64,000 nucleotides of DNA, taken from NCBI GenBank assembly GCA_041690355.1, contig JAWLHK010000005.1, positions 62,001-126,000 on the forward strand, written 5' to 3'. The notes under the pieces were generated by a model. It was not told the DNA's origin. It saw only the letters and a list, made by a program, of their open reading frames with translations, and ran no database searches. Position 1 is the first letter of the stretch; each line of letters begins with the position of its first letter. Shown here in pieces: positions 53,000 to 63,612 of this stretch. A program made the position numbers and the translations under genes. The stretch comes from a bacterium. GTDB taxonomy: Bacteria; J088; JAWLBW01.

Positions 53000-55900
53000 T
53001 CAGGGGAGCCGCAGATACCAGTCTTCGACGCGGTCGCTGTAGACACGCGGCTCGACGACGACCCGGGCCTCGCCGAAGTCGCCCATGACCGTCGCGCCCG
53101 CGGCCGTGCGCACCGCATAGGTGCCCGCCGGAATCGCCGCCGAAACGGCCCCCGACTCCACGGGAACGAGGATCGTGCGCCCGGCAAGAACCAGATCGTC
53201 GAAGAGCAGCGTCTGATTGGCCGGCATGTTGCCGGAGTTCGTCCGCACGGTGGCCATGACGAGCCCGAGGCCGTCGTGGTCGGGGTAGCCGGTCTCATCC
53301 TCCTGCCCGAGCACGAAGGTCTGCAGGCCGTCCGACGCCACCCAGGTCCAGCACGGCAGATGGGTCATGATCAAGCCGTTGACCTCCTGCCACCATGCGC
53401 CGCAGACGGCACGCTGCTTCAGGTTGAAACCGACGAGATTGAACGGGGTCGGCCAGGCGCCGTAGTTCGTGATGTTATAGGCCGGCAGATTTCCCGGCAG
53501 CTGCACGCGGCGGCGCAGTCCGGACATGCTCCACACGGCGTCCCAGGCGCCCGACGCCGGGCCGGTGAGCAGGGCGGCGTACAGGGGATCGGCGTAGCGC
53601 AGGACGGCCGGTGACGGCCCTTCGAGCAAGGTCGGCGGGATGGCCCCGTGCAACCCCTGCGGCCCTTCGATGCCGTCGGGGGGAAGGATGAAGTCGTGCA
53701 CCTCGGTGGCGCCCGTCACGTAGAGGGCCGCGGCATCGAACCGGGTGCCGTACACGGCGGCCGCCGAGACGGTCAGGCTCCCGGTTCCGCCGCTGGCGGG
53801 CAGGCCGTAGCTTCCGTCGGGGCCGGTCAGCGTGCGCGAGTGGAACTGTGTGGCGTGCCACGCGACCTCGGCATTGGCGACCGGCGTCAGATTCTCGTCG
53901 CGCACCACGCCGGTCACCCAGCCGGTGATACCGGGGGAGAGAACACGCAGCTCGACGGATGCCGCGGGCTCGGCGTAGACGACATGCGAGAGCATGCCTT
54001 CTCTCACGGCCATGATCCGCTGCAGGCCGCCCCCTGAGGGCAGGCCGACGACGGCGGCGCCGAAGTCGTCGGTGGCGGCATAGGTGCTGCCGGCCCCTTC
54101 GCCGGCCATCACGAGCGCGACGACAGGGTTGCCGGCCTCATCGGTGACGGCGACGGACATCGTTTCGTCCCAGGCCGGCGTCTCGAGGATGGGGGCCGTG
54201 GCCCACGTGACCTCGCCCGCGGCATAGAAGCGGCCGAGCACCGGCAGCTGCGGGTAGCGGAAATCGGGCTGGATCCGCGCGATGCCGATGCCGTCGCGAT
54301 CGAGAAGGTCGCCGAGCGGGTAGCGCAGCAGCTCCACGCCCGACGGCGAGCGGACGGTAACGACGCTGGTCACCAGGCCGCCGTAGGGAACGCCGAGAAT
54401 CCGTGAGGCCGAAAAGCGCAGCGGTCCGTGGCGCCGCGCGATCGTGAAGGTCTGCGGCGCGCAGTCGTCGACGACGCGCGCTTCGCCGATGTTCACGGCG
54501 CCGTCTTCGTTCTCGTCGAGGATGAAGGCGCAGACGCCGGTCGCCGGAACCGAGACCGCGAGCGGAAAAGCGGGCGCGCCCAGCGAGACATGCGTGACGG
54601 GCCAGGCGTAAAGCGTGGGCCGCCATTGGAAAAGAACCGGCTTCGCGGGGAGCCCGGCATCGGCATCGAGCATCGCGGCGGCGTCGGTCGCGTGCGCCGC
54701 CATCGGCCAGGGCGCGGTTGCGACGACTAGCGGCCGGGCCACCGCAAGAAAGCGATCTTCGTAGCGGTCGGCCGGATTCGTAACAAGCGTGTCGTAGGCG
54801 TCCCAGCGATCGTCGGCGTGGCGGTCGTCGACAGCGAACAGGTGCGGCACCCGGAACCCGGCGTACGGCACCTCGCCGGCGCCGTACGCGCCGAGGCGCA
54901 CGGCCTCGAAGCCCGGCACCGTGGATTCGGATGCGTAGACGAGCCACTGTCCGGCCGGAGCCGGCAGCGTAATCGAGGCGCCGCTGCGGTAGACCGCGTG
55001 CGTGCGCCATTCCAGGCTCCCCGCAGGGCGGTAGAAGAACTCGTTCCACCCGGGGGCGAGCCAGAGATCGTTGACGGTCTCGGTCGCCGCCATCGGGCTG
55101 CCGTCGGGGCGGTAGACTTCGGCGGGGGTCACGCCGACCACGTCGGCCAGCGGCCAGCGCGCCTCGGTCGTCATGGGAATCGATTCGGCCGGCGGCTCGG
55201 CCCAGGCTTCGGCGAACGCGGCCCAGCCGAAGGCGCGCGCGGGGAGCACCGTCTCGTTGCCCGCGAGGTCGGTGACGCGCACCGAAAGGGACACGGCGGT
55301 GTCGGTGCGATCGGTGAGCGCGGTGGCATAGACCCACTCGAGGCCGTCGGGGGTGAACGCTTCGCCGCAGACGTCGGTCGCGCCGTTGCAGAAGAGAACC
55401 CGGTCGACCCCCGAACCGACGTCGGCAACGTCGACGCGCAACTGGTTGCGCCAGGTCATCCGCGTAAAGTTCTGGGCCGCGGTTCCCCACGCGGCCGTGG
55501 GGGCGTCGGCGTCGATGTCGAGAACCAGCTCCTCGCCCGGCCAGACCTTCTCGTCGGCGTCGACGATCCGGCAATCGACGGTGCGGGCGCCCGTGGTCGC
55601 GAAGGGTCCGATGGTCACCGACTCGGCCCCTTCGCCGTCGCTGACCGCCAGCTCGGTCCATACGCCGTCGACCGCCATCTCGAGGCGGCTCAGGGCGGTG
55701 GCGCGCCGGTACTGCAAGGTCAGGGGTATCGGCACGCCCCCCGTATAGAGCGTGCGCGCCGGGGGAACGAAGGCGCAGGCGCCGTCGTGGATGGGACTCG
55801 TGAGGCGGTATTCGAAGAAATACGGGCCCCAGAGCTTCGGATTGCCGGCGCGGCGGGCGAGCACGACGATCTGGCTCGTGCGGATGATGCGCACCGAGAA

Positions 55901-56152
55901 CGAACCGACGTAGGGATAAACCCCTTCGACCGCCGGATCGCGGTCGATGTCGTAGAAGAGCTCCCACTCGGGGCTCCCGGCACTAATGGAGACGGGCAGC
56001 GAAAAAGCGCCGTAGTCGCCCGGCGGCGGCGTCGTCACGAGCGTCGGCGGCTCGCCGTCGCAGGTCGTGCACGCCGGCGGGTCGACCGGTTCGCTGGTCG
56101 TGCAGGCCGCGACGGCAAGGACGAAGCCGAACAACAGGCCGCGCCATGCCAT
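53000..56152 (-). CDS. Large lipoprotein with Fn3-associated/Ig-like and carboxypeptidase-regulatory-like domains
   Basis: Lipobox AVAAC; PPPGDY...LFYDIDRDP; VTDLAGN Ig motif; VTGVVRDENLTPVANAEV...TGPDGSYGL; alternative start at 56167. Confidence 0.75.
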   Translation of the reverse strand: MAWRGLLFGFVLAVAACTTSEPVDPPACTTCDGEPPTLVTTPPPGDYGAFSLPVSISAGSPEWELFYDIDRDPAVEGVYPYVGSFSVRIIRTSQIVVLARRAGNPKLWGPYFFEYRLTSPIHDGACAFVPPARTLYTGGVPIPLTLQYRRATALSRLEMAVDGVWTELAVSDGEGAESVTIGPFATTGARTVDCRIVDADEKVWPGEELVLDIDADAPTAAWGTAAQNFTRMTWRNQLRVDVADVGSGVDRVLFCNGATDVCGEAFTPDGLEWVYATALTDRTDTAVSLSVRVTDLAGNETVLPARAFGWAAFAEAWAEPPAESIPMTTEARWPLADVVGVTPAEVYRPDGSPMAATETVNDLWLAPGWNEFFYRPAGSLEWRTHAVYRSGASITLPAPAGQWLVYASESTVPGFEAVRLGAYGAGEVPYAGFRVPHLFAVDDRHADDRWDAYDTLVTNPADRYEDRFLAVARPLVVATAPWPMAAHATDAAAMLDADAGLPAKPVLFQWRPTLYAWPVTHVSLGAPAFPLAVSVPATGVCAFILDENEDGAVNIGEARVVDDCAPQTFTIARRHGPLRFSASRILGVPYGGLVTSVVTVRSPSGVELLRYPLGDLLDRDGIGIARIQPDFRYPQLPVLGRFYAAGEVTWATAPILETPAWDETMSVAVTDEAGNPVVALVMAGEGAGSTYAATDDFGAAVVGLPSGGGLQRIMAVREGMLSHVVYAEPAASVELRVLSPGITGWVTGVVRDENLTPVANAEVAWHATQFHSRTLTGPDGSYGLPASGGTGSLTVSAAAVYGTRFDAAALYVTGATEVHDFILPPDGIEGPQGLHGAIPPTLLEGPSPAVLRYADPLYAALLTGPASGAWDAVWSMSGLRRRVQLPGNLPAYNITNYGAWPTPFNLVGFNLKQRAVCGAWWQEVNGLIMTHLPCWTWVASDGLQTFVLGQEDETGYPDHDGLGLVMATVRTNSGNMPANQTLLFDDLVLAGRTILVPVESGAVSAAIPAGTYAVRTAAGATVMGDFGEARVVVEPRVYSDRVEDWYLRLP

Positions 56153-56166
56153 CGCAGCCCCTCGCA

Positions 56167-59100
56167 TCACATCTGCCCGCGGCGCCGCGCGCGCCACCCC
56201 AGACCGAGCAGGGTCAGGACCAGGACGATCAGGCCGGCGTCAGGCTCATTGCCGCCGACGTTGCAACCCCAGTTCCACCACCAGCTCGACGCCTCTTCGA
56301 CGACGATGACCCGCGAGGCCGTGTTCGTGAGGCCCACGGCATCGGTGGCCCGGACGCGCAGCGTGTGGCGTCCGTTCTCGAAGCCGCGCACCGACACCGA
56401 CGGTCCCTCGAGGGGTTCCCAGTTCGTGCCGTCCCAAGAGTATTCGGCCTTCAGCTCCTCGAACGGAGTCTGGAAGTCGCGGATTTCGACCTGGACGGCA
56501 CGGTTATAGGTACCCTGCGGGCTGGGCAGGATGTTGACCAGGGGCGGCACCGTGTCGATGCGGAAGTTGATGAGCGTCGGCTCGAGCGCGGCGTAATTGC
56601 CGTCCTGAGCATGTTCGACGGCGCGCAGCGCGAGGGTGTGCTCGCCCTCGGTCAGCGTCGCCAGCTGGAGGATGTCGTCGGCCACCGGCGAGTGCCAGGT
56701 GCCGCCGTCGACCGCGTAGGTATACGAGACCTCGGTCTTGCGGTCGGTCATCGCCCGCACGGTCTTCACGTCGAATGAAGGCGTGTTGGTCGCGAACAGG
56801 CGCTGCGATTCGAGATCGGGCACGTAGGCCAGCGGTTCGAATCCGTTCTGGGGCGCGAACAGGGCCGCCGATTCCAGCAGGCCGAAGACGTTCAGATTCC
56901 CCAGGAACCGCGTGTAGATGCCGACGAAGTCGCCGCCCCCCTTGCCGTCGTCGTTCGGTCCGTCGGGACCGACGTAGAGGAAGTCGAAGGTAAGGTTCTG
57001 GAAGCTGAACCGCGCCACGGCGAACACCTGGATGACCGAGCTGAGCAGCGTCGGGAAGAACTGCGACAGGCCGATCATGTCGCACCGGTTCTGGCCTTCG
57101 GGCGTATCGCAGAAGGTCTTCTCGATGACGACCGACGAGCTGCCGCGCGTGTTGCCGATGGTCTTGTCGCTCCAGTACCCGGCCGGGAAGTCGCTGCCGT
57201 TTTCCCAGGCCGAGGTCAGGTTCGGGTGATTCACGTCGATGTAGAACTCATAGTAGCCCGACACCGTGCGCACGTTCACGAGCTGGCTCGTGCACTTCGG
57301 ATCGTTGGCGATCATGAGCGGGTCGAGGTAGTAGCAGCGCCTGACGTGCTGCATGGCCAGACCGATGAGGGGCGTCCAGTAGAGCGTCATGATCGACACG
57401 TCTTCACCCGTTTCGGGGTCGGTGACGAGCATTTCGAAGCGCACGTCGGGCACCGCCACGCTGAGCATGTAGCTGCCCGACATCGGCCGCGGATCCTCGC
57501 TGGCGTCCCGGACGCCGTTCTTGTAAGCCTGAATGTTCGGCGTATACGACATCGTGCCCATACCGGTGCGGATGCGCGGCGAAGCGACGGGGCTGATGCG
57601 CACCTTGGCCGTACCGCCCGGATAGAGCACCGCCAGTTCGGGGATGAACGAGGCGAAGGCTTCGGTGCTCAGGATGCTGCCGAGCGCCTTGCCGATGACG
57701 TCGGTGCTGTCGCCGCTGATCTCGATGCAGCCGATGCCCGAGGCCACCATCGCCTGCAGGAACTGGGCAAGCGTGCGCTGGTGGATGTGGATACTCAGGT
57801 CGTACTGGATCGCGCTCGGATCCATGCTGCCGTCGTTGAAATCCTGGCGCAGCACCGAGTTGGCCGGCATCTGATCCCAGTCGCCGACGGTGTTGCGGCC
57901 GGCGTCGACCAGACCCGAACCCGCCGGCGGATTATCGTACGTGTTGTCGAACGACAGCCAGCGCGTGCGCGGGTAAATCGTCTTGAAGAGATCATCGTCG
58001 GCGCTGGTGCGCAGCGTTCGCGGGGCATTGTTGCCGTTGAGCTGCATGCACCAGCTCGGGGGGCTCTTGAGCGGATCGAGCGGCCCCTTCCAGTACTCGG
58101 GCACGCGCTTGTACTGCGAGAGTAACAGATTGGCGCCCCCCTTCGGATTCGCATAATATCCGCCGCCCGCAGCCGTGACATAGTCATCGTTGTCGTACAT
58201 CTGGTCTTCGTCTTCGGTCGACGCATGCGCTCCCAGCGAACAGTTCGTGCCGCAGGGGGTCGTGTCGGGGTTCATCAACGTCGGCACGCCGTAGACCGAG
58301 TCGGGGAGCGGCGGATCGTTCAGATCGATGTCCATGACGTTGTTCGCGCCCGGCGGCCTGAAGGCGACCGGCTTGAAGCCGATGCTCATGCGCATGTCGG
58401 TGATCTCGCGGTTCGCCGCCGAGTACGGCAGCATCGGAATCGGGTAGCGCTTCGTGCCGTCGGGCATGTTCTGCACGGTGTAGCTGCCGCCCACCGCGAA
58501 GATACCGGTCTCGATCATGGCCGTGCCCAGCGTGATCGGGTCGCCGAGAATCTGGTTCAGATTCGGGATGGCGGCCGTGAAGTCCGACAGCGCCGGACCG
58601 ACCAGGTCCTTGAGGGCGTCTTCGATGATGTCGACGATCATCGTCGTCGTGCCGACGGGAATCGTGATACCGAAGATGTCGATCTCGTCGTTGAGAATCT
58701 CGCAGAGTGTCGTGCGCCAGGTCGTGATCAGAAGGTCGACCTCGAAGGCATCGCATTCCCCCGAATAGAATGGGTCGTCGGGGGTCACGGTGATGTTGCC
58801 GACGGCGATGTCGAAAGCGATGTGATCGGGGTTCAGCTTCTGGTCGTCGACGCTCTTCCAGAACCCGCTGCAGGTCGCCGCCTGCGCGGGATTACACGAG
58901 GTGTCGTCGACGCTGTAAAGACGCAGGGTCGCGTCGATGACCATGCTCTTGATGCGGGCGCGGCCGACAGCACGCATGTTGTTGTCTTCGGCGGTAACGG
59001 TACCCTCTACGCGGGCGTCGGCAACGGCGGCGATTTCAAGACGGATGTCCTTGCCGCTGAGGCGCAGCTCCATGCGCGGATCGGCGCCGGAGTACAGGTT

Positions 59101-60666
59101 CAGGTAATCGAGCTGGAACATGTACCAGCCGCCCCCCGGCGTGAAGAGGTAGTTGCGCCAGCTGGGGTTGTTCGTGATCGCCTTTTTGCCGTCGGGCCAA
59201 GCCCAGGTGGAGCCATAACCGTCGGTTCGGCTGGTGCAGGTATAGTCCGTGCACGGGGGCTGGGCGCCGCAGCGGCCGGGGCTGCTGAACCCACCGGTAT
59301 CCGGATGGCCAGGGTACATCCACTTGGCATCGTCCCGATTCTCGTTCAGCGTGCCGTCGGCGTTCCACGTATCGTACGGGTCGCACTGCGTCCACCGGTT
59401 CGTCGTGATGTTGAACCACATTTTGGGGCGCATGCAGTTGGCGATGCGGTCTGTATCCTGAAGAATCTCAGGCTGTCCGCTCACGAGGCGGCCGGTATAG
59501 AACTTCTCCCCTTCGCAGTCGCGGGAACCGTTGAACGAAGCCCGGTCGACGCTGTGAATCTGCATCTGGTAGATGTTGAAATAGAGCGCGGTGTCGTCGC
59601 CGGCCCGGAAGTAGGTGCCGGTGATCCGATCCCAGGCGTTGTTCGGGTTGTGGCCCGCCACCGTCGTGGGCAGCGCGCGGCGCCAGATGTTGACCGGCAT
59701 GTTCCAGGTGCCGGCGTTGCAGCTGACGGTCCATCGATCGCCGGACTTCCAGCAGATCCAGGCTGCGCAGCTCGTGCAGTTACCGACGTCGGTACAAGTA
59801 CTTCCGTTACCGCAGCCGTTGATCCAGCGCACGGTGGTGGCGCCCAGGCCGCTCATGCCGCTGAAGGGGCCACGCAGCGTCGGCGGCGCCCAGCCGTTCA
59901 CCGGGTCGGCGGCATACTCCTGGCGCATGTTGGGGAAGATGTAGAGGCGGATGTTGTACTGCAGATAGGCCGATACGCAGATCCAGACCGCGCACTCGTT
60001 GAGCAACTGGGTGCGGGCCGCCGTGCACCGCTTGGCGGCCAGGTTCGACGGGCTGTCGCGCCCCCCGCGGTCGAAGTAATAGCGCTCGGTGCAGAACTGG
60101 AGCTGGTAGAAGTCTTCGAAGGGGTTTGCCTTGTCGGCCACGTAGAAGCCGTAGTCGCGATAGGCCAGGCGCACGTCAGACGGTACGGTCGGGAAGTCGT
60201 TCCAGCTGAAACCGGGCTTGCGCACCTGCATCCAGAGCGGGCTGGGGGCCACGGCCTGGGTCTTGTTGCAGTCGGGAGTGCATGTGATCGTATCGGCCTC
60301 GCCGCCGCAGCTGTTGCAGTTGCGGTAGTGGGTCGAGGTCCAGACGACGTCGTAGCGAACGTAGTCGTAGCTGAGCGGCGTCGTGCGCACGAATCCGGCG
60401 TCGCCCGGGTCAGAATAGTTGTAGCCCGGGTCGAGCAGCGTGTTGATGCCGGCGCCGCCGGGGGCCGACCAGGTCTTCATCGTGTCGCGCACGGTGATCT
60501 TGAGGTAGTCCCAGGTACCCTTCGTCAGTCGCATGCGCGCCCCTTCATTGACGACGTTGGCGTCGTTGAGGGGGAGCACGAGTTCGGCCTGGGTTTCCTG
60601 CGCCTCTGCCCGCGCCGGCAGCAGCAAGCTGAGCGCTGCGGCGAACAACCACATGGTGCGTTTCAT
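56167..60666 (-). CDS. ~1499-aa surface protein: BPI/LBP-like segments, Cys-rich insert, two Ig-like domains, MYXO-CTERM-like sorting signal
   Basis: Signal peptide ARAEA; GARMRLTKGTWDY; DLSIHIHQRTLAQFL; EGEHTLALRA and GRHTLRVRATDAVG; WGCNVGG-TM-RARRR tail. Confidence 0.75.
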   Translation of the reverse strand: MKRTMWLFAAALSLLLPARAEAQETQAELVLPLNDANVVNEGARMRLTKGTWDYLKITVRDTMKTWSAPGGAGINTLLDPGYNYSDPGDAGFVRTTPLSYDYVRYDVVWTSTHYRNCNSCGGEADTITCTPDCNKTQAVAPSPLWMQVRKPGFSWNDFPTVPSDVRLAYRDYGFYVADKANPFEDFYQLQFCTERYYFDRGGRDSPSNLAAKRCTAARTQLLNECAVWICVSAYLQYNIRLYIFPNMRQEYAADPVNGWAPPTLRGPFSGMSGLGATTVRWINGCGNGSTCTDVGNCTSCAAWICWKSGDRWTVSCNAGTWNMPVNIWRRALPTTVAGHNPNNAWDRITGTYFRAGDDTALYFNIYQMQIHSVDRASFNGSRDCEGEKFYTGRLVSGQPEILQDTDRIANCMRPKMWFNITTNRWTQCDPYDTWNADGTLNENRDDAKWMYPGHPDTGGFSSPGRCGAQPPCTDYTCTSRTDGYGSTWAWPDGKKAITNNPSWRNYLFTPGGGWYMFQLDYLNLYSGADPRMELRLSGKDIRLEIAAVADARVEGTVTAEDNNMRAVGRARIKSMVIDATLRLYSVDDTSCNPAQAATCSGFWKSVDDQKLNPDHIAFDIAVGNITVTPDDPFYSGECDAFEVDLLITTWRTTLCEILNDEIDIFGITIPVGTTTMIVDIIEDALKDLVGPALSDFTAAIPNLNQILGDPITLGTAMIETGIFAVGGSYTVQNMPDGTKRYPIPMLPYSAANREITDMRMSIGFKPVAFRPPGANNVMDIDLNDPPLPDSVYGVPTLMNPDTTPCGTNCSLGAHASTEDEDQMYDNDDYVTAAGGGYYANPKGGANLLLSQYKRVPEYWKGPLDPLKSPPSWCMQLNGNNAPRTLRTSADDDLFKTIYPRTRWLSFDNTYDNPPAGSGLVDAGRNTVGDWDQMPANSVLRQDFNDGSMDPSAIQYDLSIHIHQRTLAQFLQAMVASGIGCIEISGDSTDVIGKALGSILSTEAFASFIPELAVLYPGGTAKVRISPVASPRIRTGMGTMSYTPNIQAYKNGVRDASEDPRPMSGSYMLSVAVPDVRFEMLVTDPETGEDVSIMTLYWTPLIGLAMQHVRRCYYLDPLMIANDPKCTSQLVNVRTVSGYYEFYIDVNHPNLTSAWENGSDFPAGYWSDKTIGNTRGSSSVVIEKTFCDTPEGQNRCDMIGLSQFFPTLLSSVIQVFAVARFSFQNLTFDFLYVGPDGPNDDGKGGGDFVGIYTRFLGNLNVFGLLESAALFAPQNGFEPLAYVPDLESQRLFATNTPSFDVKTVRAMTDRKTEVSYTYAVDGGTWHSPVADDILQLATLTEGEHTLALRAVEHAQDGNYAALEPTLINFRIDTVPPLVNILPSPQGTYNRAVQVEIRDFQTPFEELKAEYSWDGTNWEPLEGPSVSVRGFENGRHTLRVRATDAVGLTNTASRVIVVEEASSWWWNWGCNVGGNEPDAGLIVLVLTLLGLGWRARRRGQM

Positions 60667-61565
60667 GACCCGTCTCCTGTGGAACCTTCCTTGAACTTCG
60701 AACCCGTGAGAAAACCGCCGAAGAGCCACTTGGCGTGCTCTGCAGGCATGGCGGGATCCCACGCAGCAATCACATATCCCAATACGTACGCGCCGGCCAG
60801 GGCGAGGTCTGTCGCGCCGCCGACGTTCTCACCCCAGCTGCCGCGCGCATTCTGCGTATCAATGACGGCGCGGACGGCAGCGGTGTCGAGCCGCGAGCCG
60901 AAGCCCGCGTGCATGATCTCGTAAACGGCGAAGACCCGATCGCGGTCACGCAGGTCGGCGAGCCCTTTCAGGATCTCGTCGACCAGCGGCGCGCCGAGCC
61001 GCTTGAAATCAGTGCCGCCGAGGCAGCCGTTGTCGCGCAGACGCAGCAGCCAGTTCAGCCGGCGCACGGGCTCGGGCCAGCGTGCCTGCAAAACGTTCGC
61101 GGCGATTTCGGCATTCAGCGTCGCTTCGGTGTCGACGCAGACCGAGGCGAACCGCTGCAGCAGCATGGCCATCGGCAGCGAAACCGGCTTGCCCCGAATG
61201 CCGCCGCGCAGCAGGTCGCGCTGCCCGGGCTTCATGTCTTTCAGGCCCGCGCGCCCGTCGAGCGGCAGGCCGGCCATGACGCGCTCTTGGTCTTCGAGGC
61301 GCGAGGCATAGTAGTTCGGGTCGAAAGGCACCTTGAGATCTTTATTGAAGGCATGGACGATGGGGACGAAGAACTGCCCCCCCGCCGCCTGAGGCGTCTT
61401 GAAGGCTGCCTGCAGCGCCCCCTCGTACCGGGCTATCGCCTCGTCGACGGTCATGCCGTAGAGCACAGACGAGTACGCGATCGGCTCCGACGACTTCACG
61501 TCGGCCCACGCCAGCCCCGGCGTCATGGCGATCAGCAATAGATGGAAAAATGCCTTTACCCTCAT
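60663..61565 (-). CDS. Secreted helical hypothetical protein
   Basis: Signal peptide GLAWA; IDTQNARGSWG resembles a QW/prenyltransferase-type repeat; ATGA-coupled to the next gene. Confidence 0.65.
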   Translation of the reverse strand: MRVKAFFHLLLIAMTPGLAWADVKSSEPIAYSSVLYGMTVDEAIARYEGALQAAFKTPQAAGGQFFVPIVHAFNKDLKVPFDPNYYASRLEDQERVMAGLPLDGRAGLKDMKPGQRDLLRGGIRGKPVSLPMAMLLQRFASVCVDTEATLNAEIAANVLQARWPEPVRRLNWLLRLRDNGCLGGTDFKRLGAPLVDEILKGLADLRDRDRVFAVYEIMHAGFGSRLDTAAVRAVIDTQNARGSWGENVGGATDLALAGAYVLGYVIAAWDPAMPAEHAKWLFGGFLTGSKFKEGSTGDGS

Positions 61566-61785
61566 TGCGTCTTATGATAGCCCGCCGGCTACCCTGACGC
61601 AAGGCTCGGCAAACGGGTTTTGTGACGCGCCGCGCTATACCGATAACACCCGTGTTTACTCTTGCCAAATTTACAAGACCTGACGGAAATTGCTTTTTCG
61701 CGAGAAGCGGAGCGCTCCGAATTCAAACGTTGTTATTCGCGCCCGCCGAAGCCCCTGAGGTATAGTGAAGGGCTCCCAAGGCCGT

Positions 61786-62754
61786 ATGCTCGCGTTTTTC
61801 CGCAGACATTACTTCAACCTCGCCCTCGGCTTTCTGGTCGCCGCGGCCTGGGTGACCCGCGACCGACCGGTGCCGTTCGACCCCCTGCCGGTGCACGCGG
61901 CGGCCGTCATGCTGGTCTTTTTTATCACCGGTTTTCTGCTTCCGCTGCGTCAATTTATTTCGGGATTCCGCAACGTTCGTCTGCATGTTTTCGCGCAGGG
62001 ACTGTCCTATGCGGTCTTTCCGCTCGTCACCTGGGGGCTCGTGGCGGCGGCGGGCGATGCGCTGCCGCGCGACATGCGCCTCGGGTTTCTGGTGCTCGGC
62101 ATCCTGCCCACCACCATCACGTCATGCGTCGTCTTCACGAACCTCGCGGGGGGCAATCTGGCCGCCGCGGTCTTCAACGCCGTGTTCGGCAACTTCGCGG
62201 GCATCGTGCTGAGCCCGCTGCTGTTCGTGCTGTTCGTCGCGCGCTCGGCGGGAATCCACTTCGACCCGACGCAGCTCACGCGCCTGGTCGCCCTCATCGT
62301 GATTCCGCTCATGGTGGGACTGCTGGCACGCACGCGGGTCACGGCGCCGCCGCCGCGGCTGATGCGCGCCCTGCCGTATATTTCGGCGACGGCCCTGCTC
62401 ACGATCATCTTCTTCGCCGTGCATGACGCCTTCGCTCCCGCCAGCGCCGTCTGGGGGTGGTCGGCCGCCGAGCTCGCGCTGCCGCTGGGGCTTCTCGTCG
62501 CCCTGAACGCGATCATGATGGGGCTCGCGTGGGGGCTCGGGCGCGCCTTCGGCTTCAACCTTGCCGACCGCAAGGCGGCGCTCTTCGTCGGCGTGCAGAA
62601 GACGATCGCCATGGGTCTGCCCATGATCCATTTCTTCTTCGCCACGCAGCCCGACCTGATCGGCACAATGAGCCTGGCGCTGGTCGTCTACCACCCGATG
62701 CAGCTGATCATTTCGGGCATGCTGGCGCCGCGCCTCGCGAAAATTGACGATTGA
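61786..62754 (+). CDS. Bile acid:sodium symporter family (SBF-like) transporter
   Basis: LPTTITSCVVFT..AGGN, FGNFAGIVLSPL, QKTIAMGLP, YHPMQL. Confidence 0.88.
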   Translation: MLAFFRRHYFNLALGFLVAAAWVTRDRPVPFDPLPVHAAAVMLVFFITGFLLPLRQFISGFRNVRLHVFAQGLSYAVFPLVTWGLVAAAGDALPRDMRLGFLVLGILPTTITSCVVFTNLAGGNLAAAVFNAVFGNFAGIVLSPLLFVLFVARSAGIHFDPTQLTRLVALIVIPLMVGLLARTRVTAPPPRLMRALPYISATALLTIIFFAVHDAFAPASAVWGWSAAELALPLGLLVALNAIMMGLAWGLGRAFGFNLADRKAALFVGVQKTIAMGLPMIHFFFATQPDLIGTMSLALVVYHPMQLIISGMLAPRLAKIDD

Positions 62755-62884
62755 CGATTTACGATTGACAATTTACCGTCAAGGGCGAGGACGCTACTTC
62801 CGTTCGCCCCGAGCTGACGGCGCGGCTCGACAGGAACGGTCCTTTGACGACTGAAGACTGAGAGACTGAGGACTGGAGACTGCC

Positions 62885-63601
62885 ATGCAACGAACCGCGC
62901 TCGTAACCGGCGGCGCCGTGCGCGTCGGACGCGCCATCGCCGAAGCCCTGGCCGACGCCGGGTTCCACATCGCCATCCATGCGCACTCGAGCGATGACGC
63001 CGCGCGCGCCGTCGCCGCAAAGCTCGCTTCGGCTTCCGTGCATCTTGCGGACCTCACGGTGGATGGGGGCGGCGAGCGGCTCGCCGGCGAGGTGGCCGCC
63101 CTGCGCGGGCGCGTCGACGTGCTCGTGAACAGCGCGGCCGATTTCTTTCCCACGCCGCTCGGCGCGACGACGTATGCCCAGTGGGAGCGCCTGCACGCGC
63201 TCAATCTGCGCGCGCCGTACTTTCTCGCGCAGGCCGTGCGCCCGCACATGTCTCCCGGCGGTTGCATCGTGAACGTCGCCGACGTGGCCGCCGAGGCGCC
63301 ATGGCCGGGCTACGTCTCCTACGGCATCACCAAGGCGGGAATCGTGGCCATGACCCTCGGGCTCGCGCGCGAACTGGCGCCCGACATCCGCGTGAACGCC
63401 GTGTCGCCGGGACCGGTCCTCCTCCCCGAACGATACGATGCGGAACAGCGGCAGCGCAGTATCGACCGCACCCTGCTGGGGCGCGAGGGTACGCCCGAAG
63501 ACGTCGCGCGTGCCGTGCGGTTTCTGGTGGAAAACGAGTACGTGACCGGTGCGGTTCTCCCGGTCGACGGCGGACGCCGGCTGAAAGTCCCCGGCGAATA
63601 G
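62885..63601 (+). CDS. SDR oxidoreductase, pteridine reductase-like
   Basis: TGGAVRVG, LVNSA, NVAD, YGITK, RVNAVSPG, VDGG. Confidence 0.88.
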   Translation: MQRTALVTGGAVRVGRAIAEALADAGFHIAIHAHSSDDAARAVAAKLASASVHLADLTVDGGGERLAGEVAALRGRVDVLVNSAADFFPTPLGATTYAQWERLHALNLRAPYFLAQAVRPHMSPGGCIVNVADVAAEAPWPGYVSYGITKAGIVAMTLGLARELAPDIRVNAVSPGPVLLPERYDAEQRQRSIDRTLLGREGTPEDVARAVRFLVENEYVTGAVLPVDGGRRLKVPGE

Positions 63602-63612
63602 CGTCGCGGCAA

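Noticed and set aside
58225-60924. 899-aa plus-strand ORF (also 13981-16332 and 46229-48526)
   Set aside because: Antisense to coherent genes with signal peptides and recognisable domains
61600-61785. tmRNA or other ncRNA in the AT-richer divergent gap (ANNNV-like minus-strand frame)
   Set aside because: No tRNA-like ends or ALAA-type tag; better explained as divergent promoters
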